DNA of 64,000 bases from Octopus vulgaris (Eukaryota). Under the pieces are notes generated by a model. That model searched no databases and was not told the DNA's origin. It saw nothing but the letters and a program-made list of their open reading frames with translations. Below are positions 38,694-53,021 of this stretch, in pieces (position 1 is the first letter of the stretch; every line of letters begins with the position of its first letter). A program made the position numbers and the translations under genes. The stretch covers positions 74,338,001-74,402,000 of the forward strand of contig OX597816.1 of NCBI GenBank assembly GCA_951406725.2, given 5' to 3'.

Positions 38694-39017
38694 TTATTAA
38701 TCCGAGGGGAGGCAATGTAACCAGCAACTAAAGGAACATTACAAAATCCATATATATATAAATTACAAACTACAAAGTTATATCTTGAGATTGCTAGTGA
38801 CAACAACACTCAAAATATATATATGTTTTTTGATTTTAAGCATAAATTTAATGTGTTATATATGCAACATTGATTCTTATATATTTATATATTTTTAAAC
38901 ATCGGACTCTATATCTGTTCTGTAGATATAAATGAATATGTGTTTGATCTTTCTGTGGATTTTGTAATGTTCCTTTAGTTGCTGCTCACATTGCCTCCCT
39001 TTGGATTAATAAGTATA
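38691..39017. mobile_element. MITE-like element with about 60-bp terminal inverted repeats, embedded in (TA)n
   Basis: tacttattaatccgagggggaggcaatg...cattacaaaatcca is mirrored by tggattttgtaatg...cattgcctccctttggattaataagta. Confidence 0.7.
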
Positions 39018-40699
39018 TATATATATATATATATGCCGTTTCGGGGCCGACCTCTCGACGGCATCAATGCGTACTGCCTCCCCCTCCTCACTGATATGAG
39101 GCCCTGCTTGCTGGTTACGGAAGAAAACTGTCCAGTACCAGTGTCGTAATTGCTAGGTCATATGAATTCTCTTCTGGTTCTAACAATTTCTGTGCTTTTA
39201 AGCATTAGACATCTATACAGAATGCTACTGGCAATCCAGGTACCAGGTTATTTTTTTTCCTAAATCAGTGGAAGCAGGGCTTGGCTAGTATATAGTGATA
39301 GTGAATACGTGATGAAGTGCAAACATGCAGAGATGACAGGATCTAGCTGTTCCACCACCTGTGATGGACAATTTTCATCTGCTACTGATATTTCTCTGCT
39401 TTTAAACACTAAATGCCTTCATAAGAGGTTTTCTCAAGATGAATACTACAGCATTACAGCATCCTTACAATACATCTATGTTAAGTAAGATATGAAGATT
39501 GCTATACAGTAGTACTAATACTGCATCCATCACTAATATCTAATACACACACATCTCCTCGAGAACCTCATATCACCAGACATCCCAATATTTTGTCATC
39601 TCCCTCATGAGGTTCAGGGTCCTAAGATCAGCTTTCATCACTTTGTCCCACGTCCAAGTCTTCTTGGGTCACCCTCTTCTACAAGCTCCAATCACCTTTA
39701 GCAACTGATGTTTTAATCACACACATATATATAATAATCATATACTGAAAATATTAGTCTCATATTTTAAGATCAATTCTCAAAGTTTGACAAGTAAAAC
39801 TTAATTATATAAGACACTCAGAAGAAAAAAATGAATTATATGGAAATATTTCATTTCTCACTCATAACAAAAAGATCTCACATAGCAATAATAAAGCAAA
39901 AAAAAATCAAATTATAAACCCTTAGCGGTTCTCTCCCCTTAAAGAGAAATTCCATCTTCCCCTTTATTTCTTAGTAAACCCTCTTTCTCTCCCGTTCTTA
40001 CTTTGAAAGCAACTGTAGGTGACAGCACTAACAGTTGCCAGTCAAATTTCCCACGTGTGAATTATGTGAATATACTTACGGTAATTATAAAAGTAACAGA
40101 CTAATAAGAGAGGGAAATAAAATCAATTGTGAATCTTCAGAAAACTAAAATAATTAGTCTTACAAACCACAAATGGTTTAAGGTATCTTTAAAAAGACAA
40201 ACAGTAAATATAATCAAAAATGAATATTTCTTTATATGAATCAATAGTCTTATTGTCATCATCATTGTTTTAACGGCCACTTTTCCATGTTAGCATGGGT
40301 CAGATGGAGTTTTTCTATGGCTGGAAGTCCTTTCATCAACTGTCATCTTTTACTAAGCGAAGTAATATCTCCTCATGATTGGAAACACTAGTGTAGCGAG
40401 AGTGTGTGCTGCCCGGAGCAGCCCTTCCGTTTGCCACCCCAACCATAGAAATCATGCCAAAGCCAACATTTGAGCTCTGCACAGCCCTGTAGTGAGTCTA
40501 GGACATTTACTCCACCCAAGGACAACAGATGAGGATTTAAAACTTCTTACTATATTAGAGGGGGGAGGTAATTGTCCTATGGGGTAGTTGTCGTTGGGGG
40601 AATTTTCCTATGGGGTTTAATTGTCCTGAAACACCTGTGGCACACCAGATTCTTTCAAACTGTCCAACTCACGTTAGCGTGTAAAAAGGAAATGTGAAG

Positions 40700-41045
40700 G
40701 TGGAGGTATTGTTTTCAGTCATGTTTGTTTGTTTGTCTGAGGACAAGATATCTCAAGAACTGCTGGATGGATTTGGATGAAACTTTCAGGGATGTTTGGC
40801 CTCATGACTGGCACGAACTGATTAGATTTCGGGACTGATCTGGTACCGGACAAGGATTCTGGATTATTTTTCCTGTTTTTTTACTTAATTTTCGAGAGCA
40901 GTCAGGTTCATTTTTAGTATTCTTGTTTGTGAGCGCAATCAAGTTTATCTCAGATATTCCTATTTTAAAAATCATCTCCAGCTAATCGTTGAGAGGACGC
41001 TGGTGTTGGCCTTGGCAGAGGTTTGCACTCCCTGAGTGCTCTTGT
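40700..41045 (+). mobile_element. Second copy of the Helentron/HINE-like element
   Basis: Clear sequence similarity to 16450-16783. Confidence 0.6.
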
Positions 41046-44000
41046 TTCCATTTGTCTTTAAGTCATTTAAATTGATTTTCCTATCTCAGAGCAGCTAATT
41101 TACCAAATTAAATATTTTAAACAAATATTAATCAAACTGCCAGAGGCAAGTATGGCTATATGGTTAAGAAATCTGCTTTGCAACTCTATTGCTTTAGTTT
41201 CTGCCACACTGTGTGGCACCTTGGCTGTCTTTTACTTGAACCCCAGGGTAGGAAAAGCCTTATGAGTTAATCTGGTGGAAGGAAACTGTGTGGAGACCTG
41301 TTGTATGTTCATTCATTAGTTCAGTTTATGACAGTTTTTCCATGCAAGCATGGGTTGGATTAGTATTCTATTAAAGCATTGATTTACAGCTGAATACGTT
41401 TCCTGTCATTAGATCTTATCTTTTTTTTTTTTTTTTTAGTAAGGACTTTCTTATTCCACAAGACATTGAAAATGAAAAGCCAACTAAATATTCAACAAAA
41501 GAAATGACAACAATATCACTGCTGGAAGCTCACAGAGTTTTGGAGAAACACCAACGTAAGCACAAAGACATGTGTATGCACACATGCACACACACACAAA
41601 CTTTTCTCAGTTTCTGTTTACCAAATCTACTCACAAAGGGGCTATAGTAGAAGAACTTGTCCAAGGCACCGGACAACAAGACTGAACCTAGACCACATAG
41701 TTGGGAAGCCTGCACCTACACATAGGTGCCAAGAAGAATGTCCAGCCACAGAAACCATGCCAAAGGAGACACTGGAACACACTATAGTCATTGGATCATG
41801 TCAAACCATCCAACCCATGCTAGCATGGGTATTGAAGGATGCTATATACACATACCCTTTTATAGTGTGTGTGTGTGTGTGTGCATGTATCTGCAGGAAT
41901 GCTTATATAGAACTGCTAAGCTACAGATGGTTTGTTGACATTTTCTCTGTCAACAACTCATCCAGTAGTTCCACACTTTCAAAAATGACTAACTAAAACT
42001 TCCTTAATTGAAAAATAGGTAAGGGTTTGATACAGGAAGGCCATCTAGATGTAAATTAATAACATTTGTTCATCTAACCTGTGTCAGTATGTGAAAACAG
42101 GTGTAAAACAAACACTAAAACAGAGACAGAAATAACTTAGGGCCACCTGACTGGCTCCTGTGGCATGTAAAAAGCACCCACTACACTCTCAGAGAGGTTG
42201 GCATTAGGAAGGGCATCCAGCTGCAGAAACATTGCCAGATCAGATTAGAGTCTGGTGCAGCTGCTGGCACTCCAGACCTCAGTCAAATTGTCCAACCCAT
42301 GCCAGCATGGAAAACGGACATTAAACGATGATGATAATGATGAACATAAAAACAAACATTAATGTGTGTGTGTACCCTTGAACTTTGAACGTCCATTATC
42401 CTTCCAAACACTGTGTTTGAAGACAGAGAAAAACCCAATCCATACCAACATGGAAGAATAATTGAAAATAGAGAAAAAAAAAGAATATAGTTCTATTATA
42501 TTTTGAACCAATTTTTTAAAATATTCTTTAAATGACCAAAAACAGTATTAATGATAATCAAATATTTCAAATACCAAAGCTAGTATTGATATTGTTCAAA
42601 TATTATGAATACCAAAAATGGTATTTATTTTATTTAAATAACATATTTACAATATTTAAACAAAATAATATGGCATTAAACTCACAAGACCTTGTTAATC
42701 TGTCATAACCTACCAAATGAAAATTGGATTTGAGTCCATCACAATAAATGTTAGCACTTGTCATTTAGACAGTGCTCCCACTACCGATGTTGTGAATTGT
42801 ATGATACCCCAACCTTGAGTTACCAATTGATACATCATATTCTTTAACCCTTTTGATACCAACCTGTCTGTGATTATCTCTGATTCTGATACAAGGTTCT
42901 TGTTTTAAAGTGATCTAAAATTTCCCATGACCAGACCAGTTTTTCATGGAAGACTGGAAATGAACAACACTGTTTGTATGAAGGTGATACTTGTTTACAA
43001 TCATCCCATGATATTGACAGGGATACACACACGCATACACGACAAGCTTCCACACGGTTTCTGTCAGGCAAATCCACTCACATGGTGTCAATCAGCTTGG
43101 GGCTGTGGTGGAAGACAATTGCCCAAGGTTCCATGCCATGGGACTGAACCCAAGATCACATGGATACCAAACTATTAGGAAAGCCTTTTTATAGCTCCTC
43201 AACTGTGGAAACTTAAGAACAGGGGCTGCAAAGACAAAGAGTACAACACCTAAAAAAAGTCAATGTGTGCATCTCAATAAGCCTTGTGAATTTCATGAAT
43301 TTCTTTCTCAAGACTTCAGATTGATTTTGAAGATGTTCTAATTATAATAAATTTATTAAAAAAAAAAAAACTTTTCTCATGACACTACCCAACCACTCCA
43401 TATCTTTCTCACCACCTCCACCATGACTGGTCATCTCCCCTTCCCTACCTATCATCCCCTGCCTCACCCATTAACCGTTTCTTACTCTCCCATACACTTT
43501 TGCAATCTCCACCTCCTGGTTCTTTTCCCCCTACTCACTTCATCTCACCTTGGACCTTAATTTTTAATCTCTTCCCCACTCAACTACAATCCTTCACTCT
43601 CTCTTCTAAAATGCAACCCCTCTACAACAAGATACTTGTTCCTCTCTGGTCCCTTCCCTCATACTTTAACCCCTCATCTCCTAACTTAAAGCTGCATGGT
43701 GACCTCGTAAGTTAGCTGGCATGAACAAAAAGCACCCAGTAAACATCTAATTAATAACAATAAGAATTCTATATGCAATGTTTCAAAAACCATTAGCTCA
43801 AAGCAAATTTATAATTAGTAGCCTAATGGCAATTTGTAAACTATTTCAAAGATTTTGTACACAATTGAACCAGCATTAAATTAAAATATCTGTGTTGCCA
43901 GAGCAGCTGACTGACTTCTATGTCGGTGGCACGTAAAAAGCACCATTCAAGCGTGATCGTTACCAGTGTCGCTGGACTGGCTCCTGTGCAGGTGGTACAT

Positions 44001-46707
44001 AAAAAACACCATTTGAGCACGGCCATAGCCAGTACTGCCTGACTGGTCCTCATGCCAGTGGCACATAAAATGTGCCCTCTACACTCTCAGAGTGGTTGGC
44101 ATTAGGAAGGGCATCCAGCTGTAGAAACTCTGCCAGATCAGATTGGAGCCTGGTGCAGCCATCTGGTTTGCTAGTCCTCAGTCAAATTGTCCAACCTATG
44201 TCAGCATGGAAAGCGGATGTGTACGATAAAGATGATGTGTACCATTTTTTCATATATACACTATTGAAAGGTATGATGCTGTGGGTTTTGTCCAAGAGGA
44301 AATCTCTTCATGGGCATGTTAGAAACATAATTATAAACTGGAAAGTGGCAAATATCATTTCAATTGCATACACTGAGTTTATTTCAGCCCAGCAGCTTTC
44401 TACAATATCAGTGAATGTATTATTCATTGTTTCCTATATATAGGAAGAACGAATTTTGTTTAGGCATGTAACAAGTAGGTACACATCATTGACAAGGCCC
44501 ATCATCATCATTTAATGTCTGTTTTCCATGCTGGCACGGGTTGGACAGTTTGACAGGAGCTGCAAGGCTGGAAGTTGTATCAGGCCCCTTTGTTTGTTTT
44601 GGCATGGTTTCCACACCTGGATGCCTTTCCTAATGCTTTACAGAATGTTCTGGGTGCTTTTTACACAGCAACATCGCCAACAGGATCACTAAGTACATTG
44701 CAAGACAAAATGGTCAAATACGTCTGACAATCTTGTGAGTTATGTCTGGGACAACATTCACTTTGCTGACATATATTGTATTTTTAAGACAGCATGAGAG
44801 ATTTTCTCTCATACTGTGTTAAAATGACATTTTCTCTCAGTCATCAAGACAAAAACTACAACATCAAACATTTCATTTAAAATTTATCTATACATTAAGT
44901 CTGATATACACAAGCAACTAGATTTTTTTAAAAAAAAAGCAGCAATAACAAATATAATTTGTAGTGAATTATTTTTAGCAGGAAAAAACGTTTTTATGAT
45001 TATCACATTTTAAATTAATCTTAAACAAATCTTGAGAAAGAAAACCATGAAATTCACAGGACCTGTTAAGAAGCACAACATATGAATTATCAGAAACTGG
45101 CAACAGTTTGCAGAGAAGGGGAGAAAGGTAGCTATAATAGCAAGTTGGCTGATAACTTACTATTCAAAACAACAGCTTGTGTATGAGTTAATCCTGATCT
45201 GGCCTATCATGTATATTACTGACCTATACAGGTTATTAGATTGATAACCTTGTGAATAAATATTTCACAGTAAAATGTTATCAAAGCAATTCTCTTCTCA
45301 TACACTCTCTAACCATGGACAACACAAAGTGTTTCTAATTACATCTGTCACATCTCTGATGATCTCCCCTGATAATCCCACATCTATAAGAGCACTCTCC
45401 AAACACAAAACTCCCTCAAAAACTAGTATTCTTCTGTAGGCTCTGTTATTGATCCTTTAAAAAGTTCATGTTAAATTGACATTTGAGTACTGCTGCACAC
45501 ATTTACGCAACTCTGCTGGTGCTACACTCACAGCTTACAGATTCTCCACACTGAATCCAAAACAAAACCATTTTATTGACTGAGACACATGTCAATCACT
45601 ATCATCTCTCTACCAATACTTATTTCTTTACTTCATCTCTCTACCAATACTATAATGGCTCAGGCTCAGCTGAACTGACTAGCAGCATTCTCTTACAGCC
45701 AAACTGACCTGTCCCACTTCTCTTGTATCTCACCTATTACATAACACATTAAACACTTCTACCTTCCTCCACAGAACGTCCCTCCAGAATTCCTACGTAT
45801 CTGTGCTTTTTGAATAGATCTTGAACCTGTTCTTCAACAACATGTGTCTCACCAGTCTCAAGGGGCAGTAAAAGTCATGGGAGGAAGTGCCCCCTTTTCT
45901 CCCCTAACTTATAAAGCCAATAATCCCTAAACGGTTTAGATGACTTGGAAACTAGGACTAGATATATTGGAGACATATTCATCTCAGATCTCCTAAATTA
46001 ATAGAAGGGGGCACTAACAAGGGGATATTATATGAGGTTAATATATGAAAGCTGGCAGAATCATTAGCACGCTGGGCAAAATGCTTAGTGGAATTTTGTC
46101 CATTTGTACATTCTGAGTTCAAATTCTGCTGAGGTTGACTTTGCCTCTGACCCTTTAAGGGGTTATTAAAATAGGAACATTGGGGTTGATATAAATAACT
46201 TACTCTTCCCCTAAAATTGCTGGCCTTGAGCCAAAAGTCGAAACATCATCATCGTTTAATGTCCGTTTTGCATGCTGGCATGGGTTGGACGGTTTGACTG
46301 AGGTCTGGAGAGCCAAGAGGCTGCACCAGGCTCCAATCCGATCTGGCGAGGTTTCTACAGCTGGTTGCCCTTCCTAATGCCAACCACTCTGAGAATGTCG
46401 CGGGTGCTTTTTACGTGCCACTGGCACAGGAACCAGTCAGGAGAGGGTCTCTGGGGGCACTGGCATTGGCCACGTTTGGATAGTGCCTTTTGCGTGCCAC
46501 CGGCACAGGAGCCAGTTACGGGTTACTGACATCAATCACATTTGGATAGTGCTTTTTACATGCCACTAGCATGGTAGTCAGTCAGGGGATACTGGCATCA
46601 GCCACATTCAGATGGTGCTTTTTACGCGCCACCAGTACAGGAACCAGTCAGGCGGCCCTGGCATCAATAATGAAACCAATATATAAAAGAGTTTATTATA
46701 TGTAATA

Positions 46708-46969
46708 GTTAATATATAATGTATAACAGTGTTTGCTCAATATTAAATATCTGAGCGAGAAGTAAACAGTAGTAGCACAGAATCGTGAAATATATTTGCT
46801 AAAACTGGCGGTCCCATAGAGGACAATGCTACTGTTGTTTTTAGCCCCAGGAGGACATCTCGGAGTTAAAGTCAACAGTAGCATCGTCCTCTATAGGACT
46901 GCCACATTTAGTTGGCAAATATATTTCAAGAGTGTTTACTCACTTCTAAATTTAGAATTATATATTAAC
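46708..46969. repeat. Long imperfect palindrome (foldback/MITE-like)
   Basis: gaaatatatttgc...gaggacaatgctactgttg pairs with caacagtagcatcgtcctc...gcaaatatatttc. Outer pair gttaatatataat / attatatattaac. Confidence 0.7.
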
Positions 46970-49900
46970 TTTGGGCAAATATATTACAGGGAATTTTAGA
47001 AATACATGTGGCCGATACTGGTATCATGTAACAGGCACCCATGCTGGTGGCACATAAAAAGCACCATTCAAGCGTTGGGCCTCATGGAGGCGATGTGGCT
47101 GATGCTGGTGGAACACAAAAGCACCCTTTACACTCTCGGAGTCGTTGGCATTAGGAAGGGCATCCAGCTGTAGAAACTATGCCAAACCAGACTGGAGTCT
47201 GATGCAGCCCCACAGCTAACAAGCCCTGGTCAAACCATCCAACCGATATCAGCATGGACAGCGGGCGCTAAATGATGATGATGATGATAGAAATGTTACT
47301 TGACAGGGTGTGTCTCAGAGATCAAGGAGTCTCTCCAGATCAAGCTGCTATTTCTAGCATTGAGAGATCACTGCACCTTTACTATGGACATGTGATTAGA
47401 ATGTAGGAGAGAACTGCCAAATAGATTCTTCAAGCCAAGCCAACCAGCAGGAGGCCTAAGGTAGACCAAGAATGAGCTGGTTGGATAATATCCATAGTTA
47501 ATGATTTGTGGTACTTTGTTATGCAAACATAATATACTATGAAGCAAGCTAAATGTGTTTATGTCTTGGCGTTAGGAAGGGCATCCAGCTGTAGAAACTT
47601 TGCCAAATTAGATTGGAGCCTGGTGTAGCCTTCTGGCGCGTCAGCCCTCAGTCAAACCGTCCAACCCATGCCAGCATGGAAAGCGGACGTTAAACGACGA
47701 CGATGATGATGGTGATGAATATTACGTTCTACTGTCTCAGTAATGCTTCTTACATTATTTTAAGGTTGTTCTATATAAGCACGTGTTTGGAAGCAATCAT
47801 GGGTTAGGTGAGAGCTGATGAAGGGGCAACAACCCCTGTAATATGGCATATACACTCAATACCGATTTTTGTCTTGGATCACATTGTTTGTTTGTTTACA
47901 TCCGACGTTTTGATACGAAACGTAGCAAAAGTCAGTGCTGGCTATGAATTCTATAGAATATCTGTAAAAACAATCTTAACGAAATAGTATTCTAAATCTC
48001 AGTTGGTCATGCTTAGGAATCCAGCCAGGAAGGGTAATGATGACTGCTTCTTATAGGACCCTACGTAGGCTCTACCACCAAGACGAAGATAGATGCACAT
48101 AGAATTTGATAGAATTGGTAGGGGCAATGGGAATTCAATAAATAAATGAGAAAGGTGGCAAATATTAAGAGCCAAGCTTTTATCCTGCTAATATTTCAAT
48201 TCAAACTGAGGTCATGTCACAGAAATTAAATCTAATTTCAACAGGTCAAGACAAGTTGTCCTTTTGGTGGACACCAATACTATCACCCATGTTTCACTGT
48301 CTCTCTTTCTTCCAGTACTCCCCCTTCAATCATGCCTTATCTCCCTTTTTGTTTCACCAACCATAACACACACTTTCTATTTAGTTACTTAACAACTGTT
48401 TTGTAGCTATCTACCATTATCTCTTGTATTATTCTCCCCTAATACCTTCTTGCTTTGTTCTCTTTAATTACTCTGTCAGGTTGTTCCTAACCAAGCTCCT
48501 TACCAATAACCATCATGCAGCTGTCTATCACTCCTTCACTCTCTTTTATATCGTCTTACTTCTATCACACATTCTCTCTCTAACTCTCTTCCTGCCTGGC
48601 TATATGGAAAAGAAAGAGACAAAGTAGGATAGAGAGGACTCTTTAATTTTGCTGGGGATACGATAATTTTTCAAGAGCTGGTGCCACATTAAAATGCATT
48701 CTGTCAAGTGGCTGGTTATTAAGGGAATGCAGCCATTGAAGCCAACCCTAAAATGGAATGCATGGAAAAAACGAATGGATAATGATGGTGACCAATACAA
48801 GAGTTCCCAAACCAGGTTCAGAGCAGTCCCCATCCTAAGTGGCTTGTACCTTTATTGGCAAAAAAAACATACTTGCTTTAAAGGAGGACTCCTGTCACTT
48901 GATAATAGTTGTCTCAGCACTCAGTCACCTCTGGTCCAGCGGACCATTATGATCAAAGGTATTCCAGCTATGATCATACCAACATTTTATTTAGACATAG
49001 TGGATCTGAAACTATTTTATTCAATGTCCTTATTTTGATGGCCCATCTTCAAAAGTGTCGCTGTTACTTAACGCCAAGGCAGCCGTGATTGAGCACACCT
49101 CTGACTGATCAAACATTTCAGCCGTGACCATCACCTAGCATATCTATTTTATATCTATGTCCAGGGAAAACAACTAATATATATATATATTTGCCAACAG
49201 GGGTACAATTTGAGATGGAATTTGACTTCTATCTAGTAAACCGAACGATCACGTAGAGTCCCACCCCCCGCTCTATCCCGGACAAGATTAGCAACTAGTT
49301 AAATAGTTAAATCTAATTTATATATTTATCTAACTTCAGCCGACTTTCGTGGCAAATGGCGAATACTCGCAGACCGTTCGTTGTAATATCGGATACAGAA
49401 TTATCCAGTTTAAAAGTTCCAAAAATCAACGAGAAGTAAAAAGCATTCGAGTAAATAAACCCCTTGCTCTTCACTTGCTGGGTTCTTAATTTATCGACCC
49501 CGTGCGAACGAAAAGTAATGTTGATCTCGTTGGGATTTGAACATAAAACGTAAAAAGCCGAAACAGGTAATACGAAGTATTAGGTAAACAGTACAAAATA
49601 GTACAAAAAACAGTACAAAATAGTCGCGATATTATAAGAAAAAATTGCAGACGATTGAATGATCAGTCCCGATTGAGCAGAACTATAAAGACGTTTTAGC
49701 CGCGACCATCCCGTCTGGAGCTCCCTTCACCCAAAAGTATCTCTAAACCAAATAATTTAATGCGTCTTTCTCTTTTCTTTTAAGACAGTGTGCATTACCA
49801 GGGATTTGGTTGCTATATCTAGCAGGCTGAGTGGACCGTGCTGCGCCTCCCTTGGTTGGCGGGTCAGATGTTTTAAGTATAAAAGACTAGGTGTATATAA

Positions 49901-50300
49901 TCTCATTTAGCTCCGCTAATGATATGCTGGATTCGTGTGACACACCGAGACAAAACAAAGCCAAACTAAGACAACTGAGTGAGACCGGACACCATTAAAA
50001 AAAACACCGGCGAGAAAAAATAAAGAGGTCAGGCTAACGTAGGCTAAAAGTAACGCCCACCATCTACCCCTGGACATATGCATACACAATATACACACAA
50101 ACACACGATAAACTTACAATTTATATATGTATCATACAGACTCAGTGTGTCTGTGTGTATTTATGCATTAAATACATGCACCACAATATATATATATATT
50201 GGTAAAACGGTAAGATAACAAAAGAAAGAGAGAGACCTCAATATCATGTAAATAGAGGAAATTTATCTATACAATGATATGTTACATTACTCGATAGTCA

Positions 50301-50357
50301 AGATAATACTCTGAGTTTCAGATGCCGAAGTGGGAATCTACATCTCTTCGGTTATCT
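50301..50357 (-). ncRNA. Hammerhead-like motif with variant core CCGAAGA, inside an inverted-repeat element flanked by (TA)n
   Basis: AGAUAA-CCGAAGA-GAUG...CAUC-U-GAAACUCAGAGUA-UUAUCU. 6-bp stem I, stem III ACU/AGU, GUA triplet. Confidence 0.5.
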
Positions 50358-50412
50358 GGCTATTTGAAAACTCAGAGTTTTATCTTGACTATCGAGTAAT
50401 GTAACATATCAT

Positions 50413-50444
<32 letters not shown>

Positions 50445-52408
50445 CACACACACACACATAGACAGACAGAGTATGTATGCGCATGTATTTTGCAAGTCTA
50501 CAACGGCTATATAATACAAATCTAATATTTAATTTTTAAAAAAACATTCTACAGTAATACAGTAAAAAAAAAAAAAATCACCGAGATAAAGACTATAAAA
50601 TTTATCAATCAATTCAAGAAACAAACCGACCCCGAGTGGTGTTTAACAGTAAAATATCTAAGTATAAGGTCCGTAGCTATATATTTCAGGGGCCCAATAC
50701 CGAGATGCATAGATATTTGCAGCTTGTATATTTATTTGGACGGGACTTTTCATTCAAACGAATCCCGCCTACAGCAAATTAATTTAAAGACTATAAATAC
50801 GTCACCCAACATTTTTCAAAAGTCGTTTTATTAACTATCCTCGGGGTTGGGGGAGGGAAATTTTTTTTAAAAAATCGATGAGTTTTCAAAGAAAAGAAGG
50901 AAAGTATAAAAGAAAAAGAGAGAAAAAAATCCAAGAGAATCACGTTTGCGAGAGAGAAGGAAGTGAGAGATAAACGGAAGTGAGCACGGAGTTATGGCTT
51001 ATGTGGCAGCACAGCAGTCGATAGAGCTTGACTAGCAACGTGTACACGCCATACGTAGACACTACAACTTAAAAACCTCCACCTTGCAAATTATACATAA
51101 CCATAACCCTTCGTCTTGTCTCCCTGCTCTCTTTACTGTTGCTACTGCTACTACTACTACTAGAACTCAGTCACACACCCCCACAGTCGGTCGCCGCCGC
51201 CGCCGACGTCTCGATACTTCATGAGGCAGGGTTGAAGACAAACCGCCAAACTCTCTTCCTCGCAGATATTGACATTCCATCGAAAACGGCAGGATGTTGC
51301 TAAAACCTCTTAGTACTTACATTGATTGTTATATATTTACAGTATGTGTGTGAGTAGGAGAGGGGAGAGAGAATATTTCGCAGGGTTCTGGAAGAAGTAC
51401 CTTGTGAATCATTTCCTGATTTCTTTGTGTGTGTGTGTGTGTGTTAGCTAACTTTTATGCCGAGCCAGCAAAATGGAAATATTTACAACGAAGCATTCTA
51501 ATAGTGTTTTTTACGTAGGTTTCACTGCAGATTTCAGCAAAAAAAAATCAGCAAGATTTAACTGCATAGCCATATACAGCACTATCATCACAACAACCAA
51601 CATAATAATTTTAGTTGGCATGCAACTGATGGTTAGTTCAAAGGCAAGCCTGATGCAACAGACCTATGATCAAAGGTAGAACCATCCAGTCTTTTTTTTT
51701 CAAGGTGGTAGGTTATTTGAAAGAGGGGGATTTGGCTGGTATTTTTTTTTTTTTACATAGATGGAGCACGCATGAATATATATAAAGGCGATGCAGCATG
51801 GTTTGAGATGATGTGTATAATTTGGCTGCTATTTTTAGCATGTCGAGTAATCACACACCTTCTCCAATGATTTCTGAAAAGTTGTTTCTATAAACTTATT
51901 AATAAACAATGTTTACATTAAATATTTATATCAAACGATATTTAAATAGTGCAGGGGATAAGTGTTTAAAATTAGTGGGTGAGGGGGTAGGGTATTCGTT
52001 CAAATAAAGCTAACAAATTAAATATATGATTGGCATTGAATAAAAACTACCACAGACTATACAACATCCACTGCTCACTTACCTCATATATTTATACATA
52101 TATGTATGTAAGCGAGTATGTATGTATGAGCACACCTGCATATAGGTATGTATGTGCGCGTGGAAGAGACACAGTTATCGGGGTGGAGAACTTCCTTGAT
52201 AATTCGTACTCGTTACTACTGAAGCCAAATTTTAAAACTAGCGCAGGTGTTCAATTAATTAACCAGTTACAGTAACACAAAAACAAACAAAAAAAAATCA
52301 CAGGGATTTACAGGTGCGTTCAATATAGTAATGAATGAAGGTTAAAGATCCCGAACATGGGATGTTGCAAGATATCTGCAATTATGAACCGAACAAAAAG
52401 CACACACA

Positions 52409-52510
<102 letters not shown>

Positions 52511-53021
52511 ATCTACGCATTCCAAGTTATAGCAACAATTTAGTTCTAAGGCAATGGTATATAAATCCATAAAATACTTTTGCTGCAGATAAAATTGTAA
52601 AATGTTCTCAAAAAAGGTGCAAAGAATTCAGAAATTTCTTGAAAGAGATTAATATTTATCACTGATAACCAACTTTATCTCAGAAGTAACCTGCAATATA
52701 ATCTAACGCCTCCCATTTCAAGCGAGTAGGACGAGTTTACCAGTGTCGGATTAGAGCGATGTTATAATACATTAACATCTTTGTTTCATTAATGGTGCGT
52801 TCTTGCAAAGCGTTATACAATAAAAGGTTGAAATGCTGTGTTAAAAGCTGGAAGACATTTGGCCGTTTAATATAAATAAATGAAGCAATAGTATATTATA
52901 GTTTGTGAAGTAAAGTTATGAATGAACCGGTGTAAAGTTGTCAGTTTGAAGAGAGAGGGAGAAAAAAAAGACAGCAGTCCGAGAGACGGAGGTGAAAGGA
53001 AGGCATTAAATATTAGCTAAC

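Noticed and set aside
52325-52400. Multi-hairpin segment (GGUU/AACC, AUCCC/GGGAU, UUGCA/UGCAA) resembling a hammerhead with a branched stem II
   Set aside because: Both core strands are mismatched (AAUGAA, GAAC) and no stem I is evident, so it cannot be supported without other copies.
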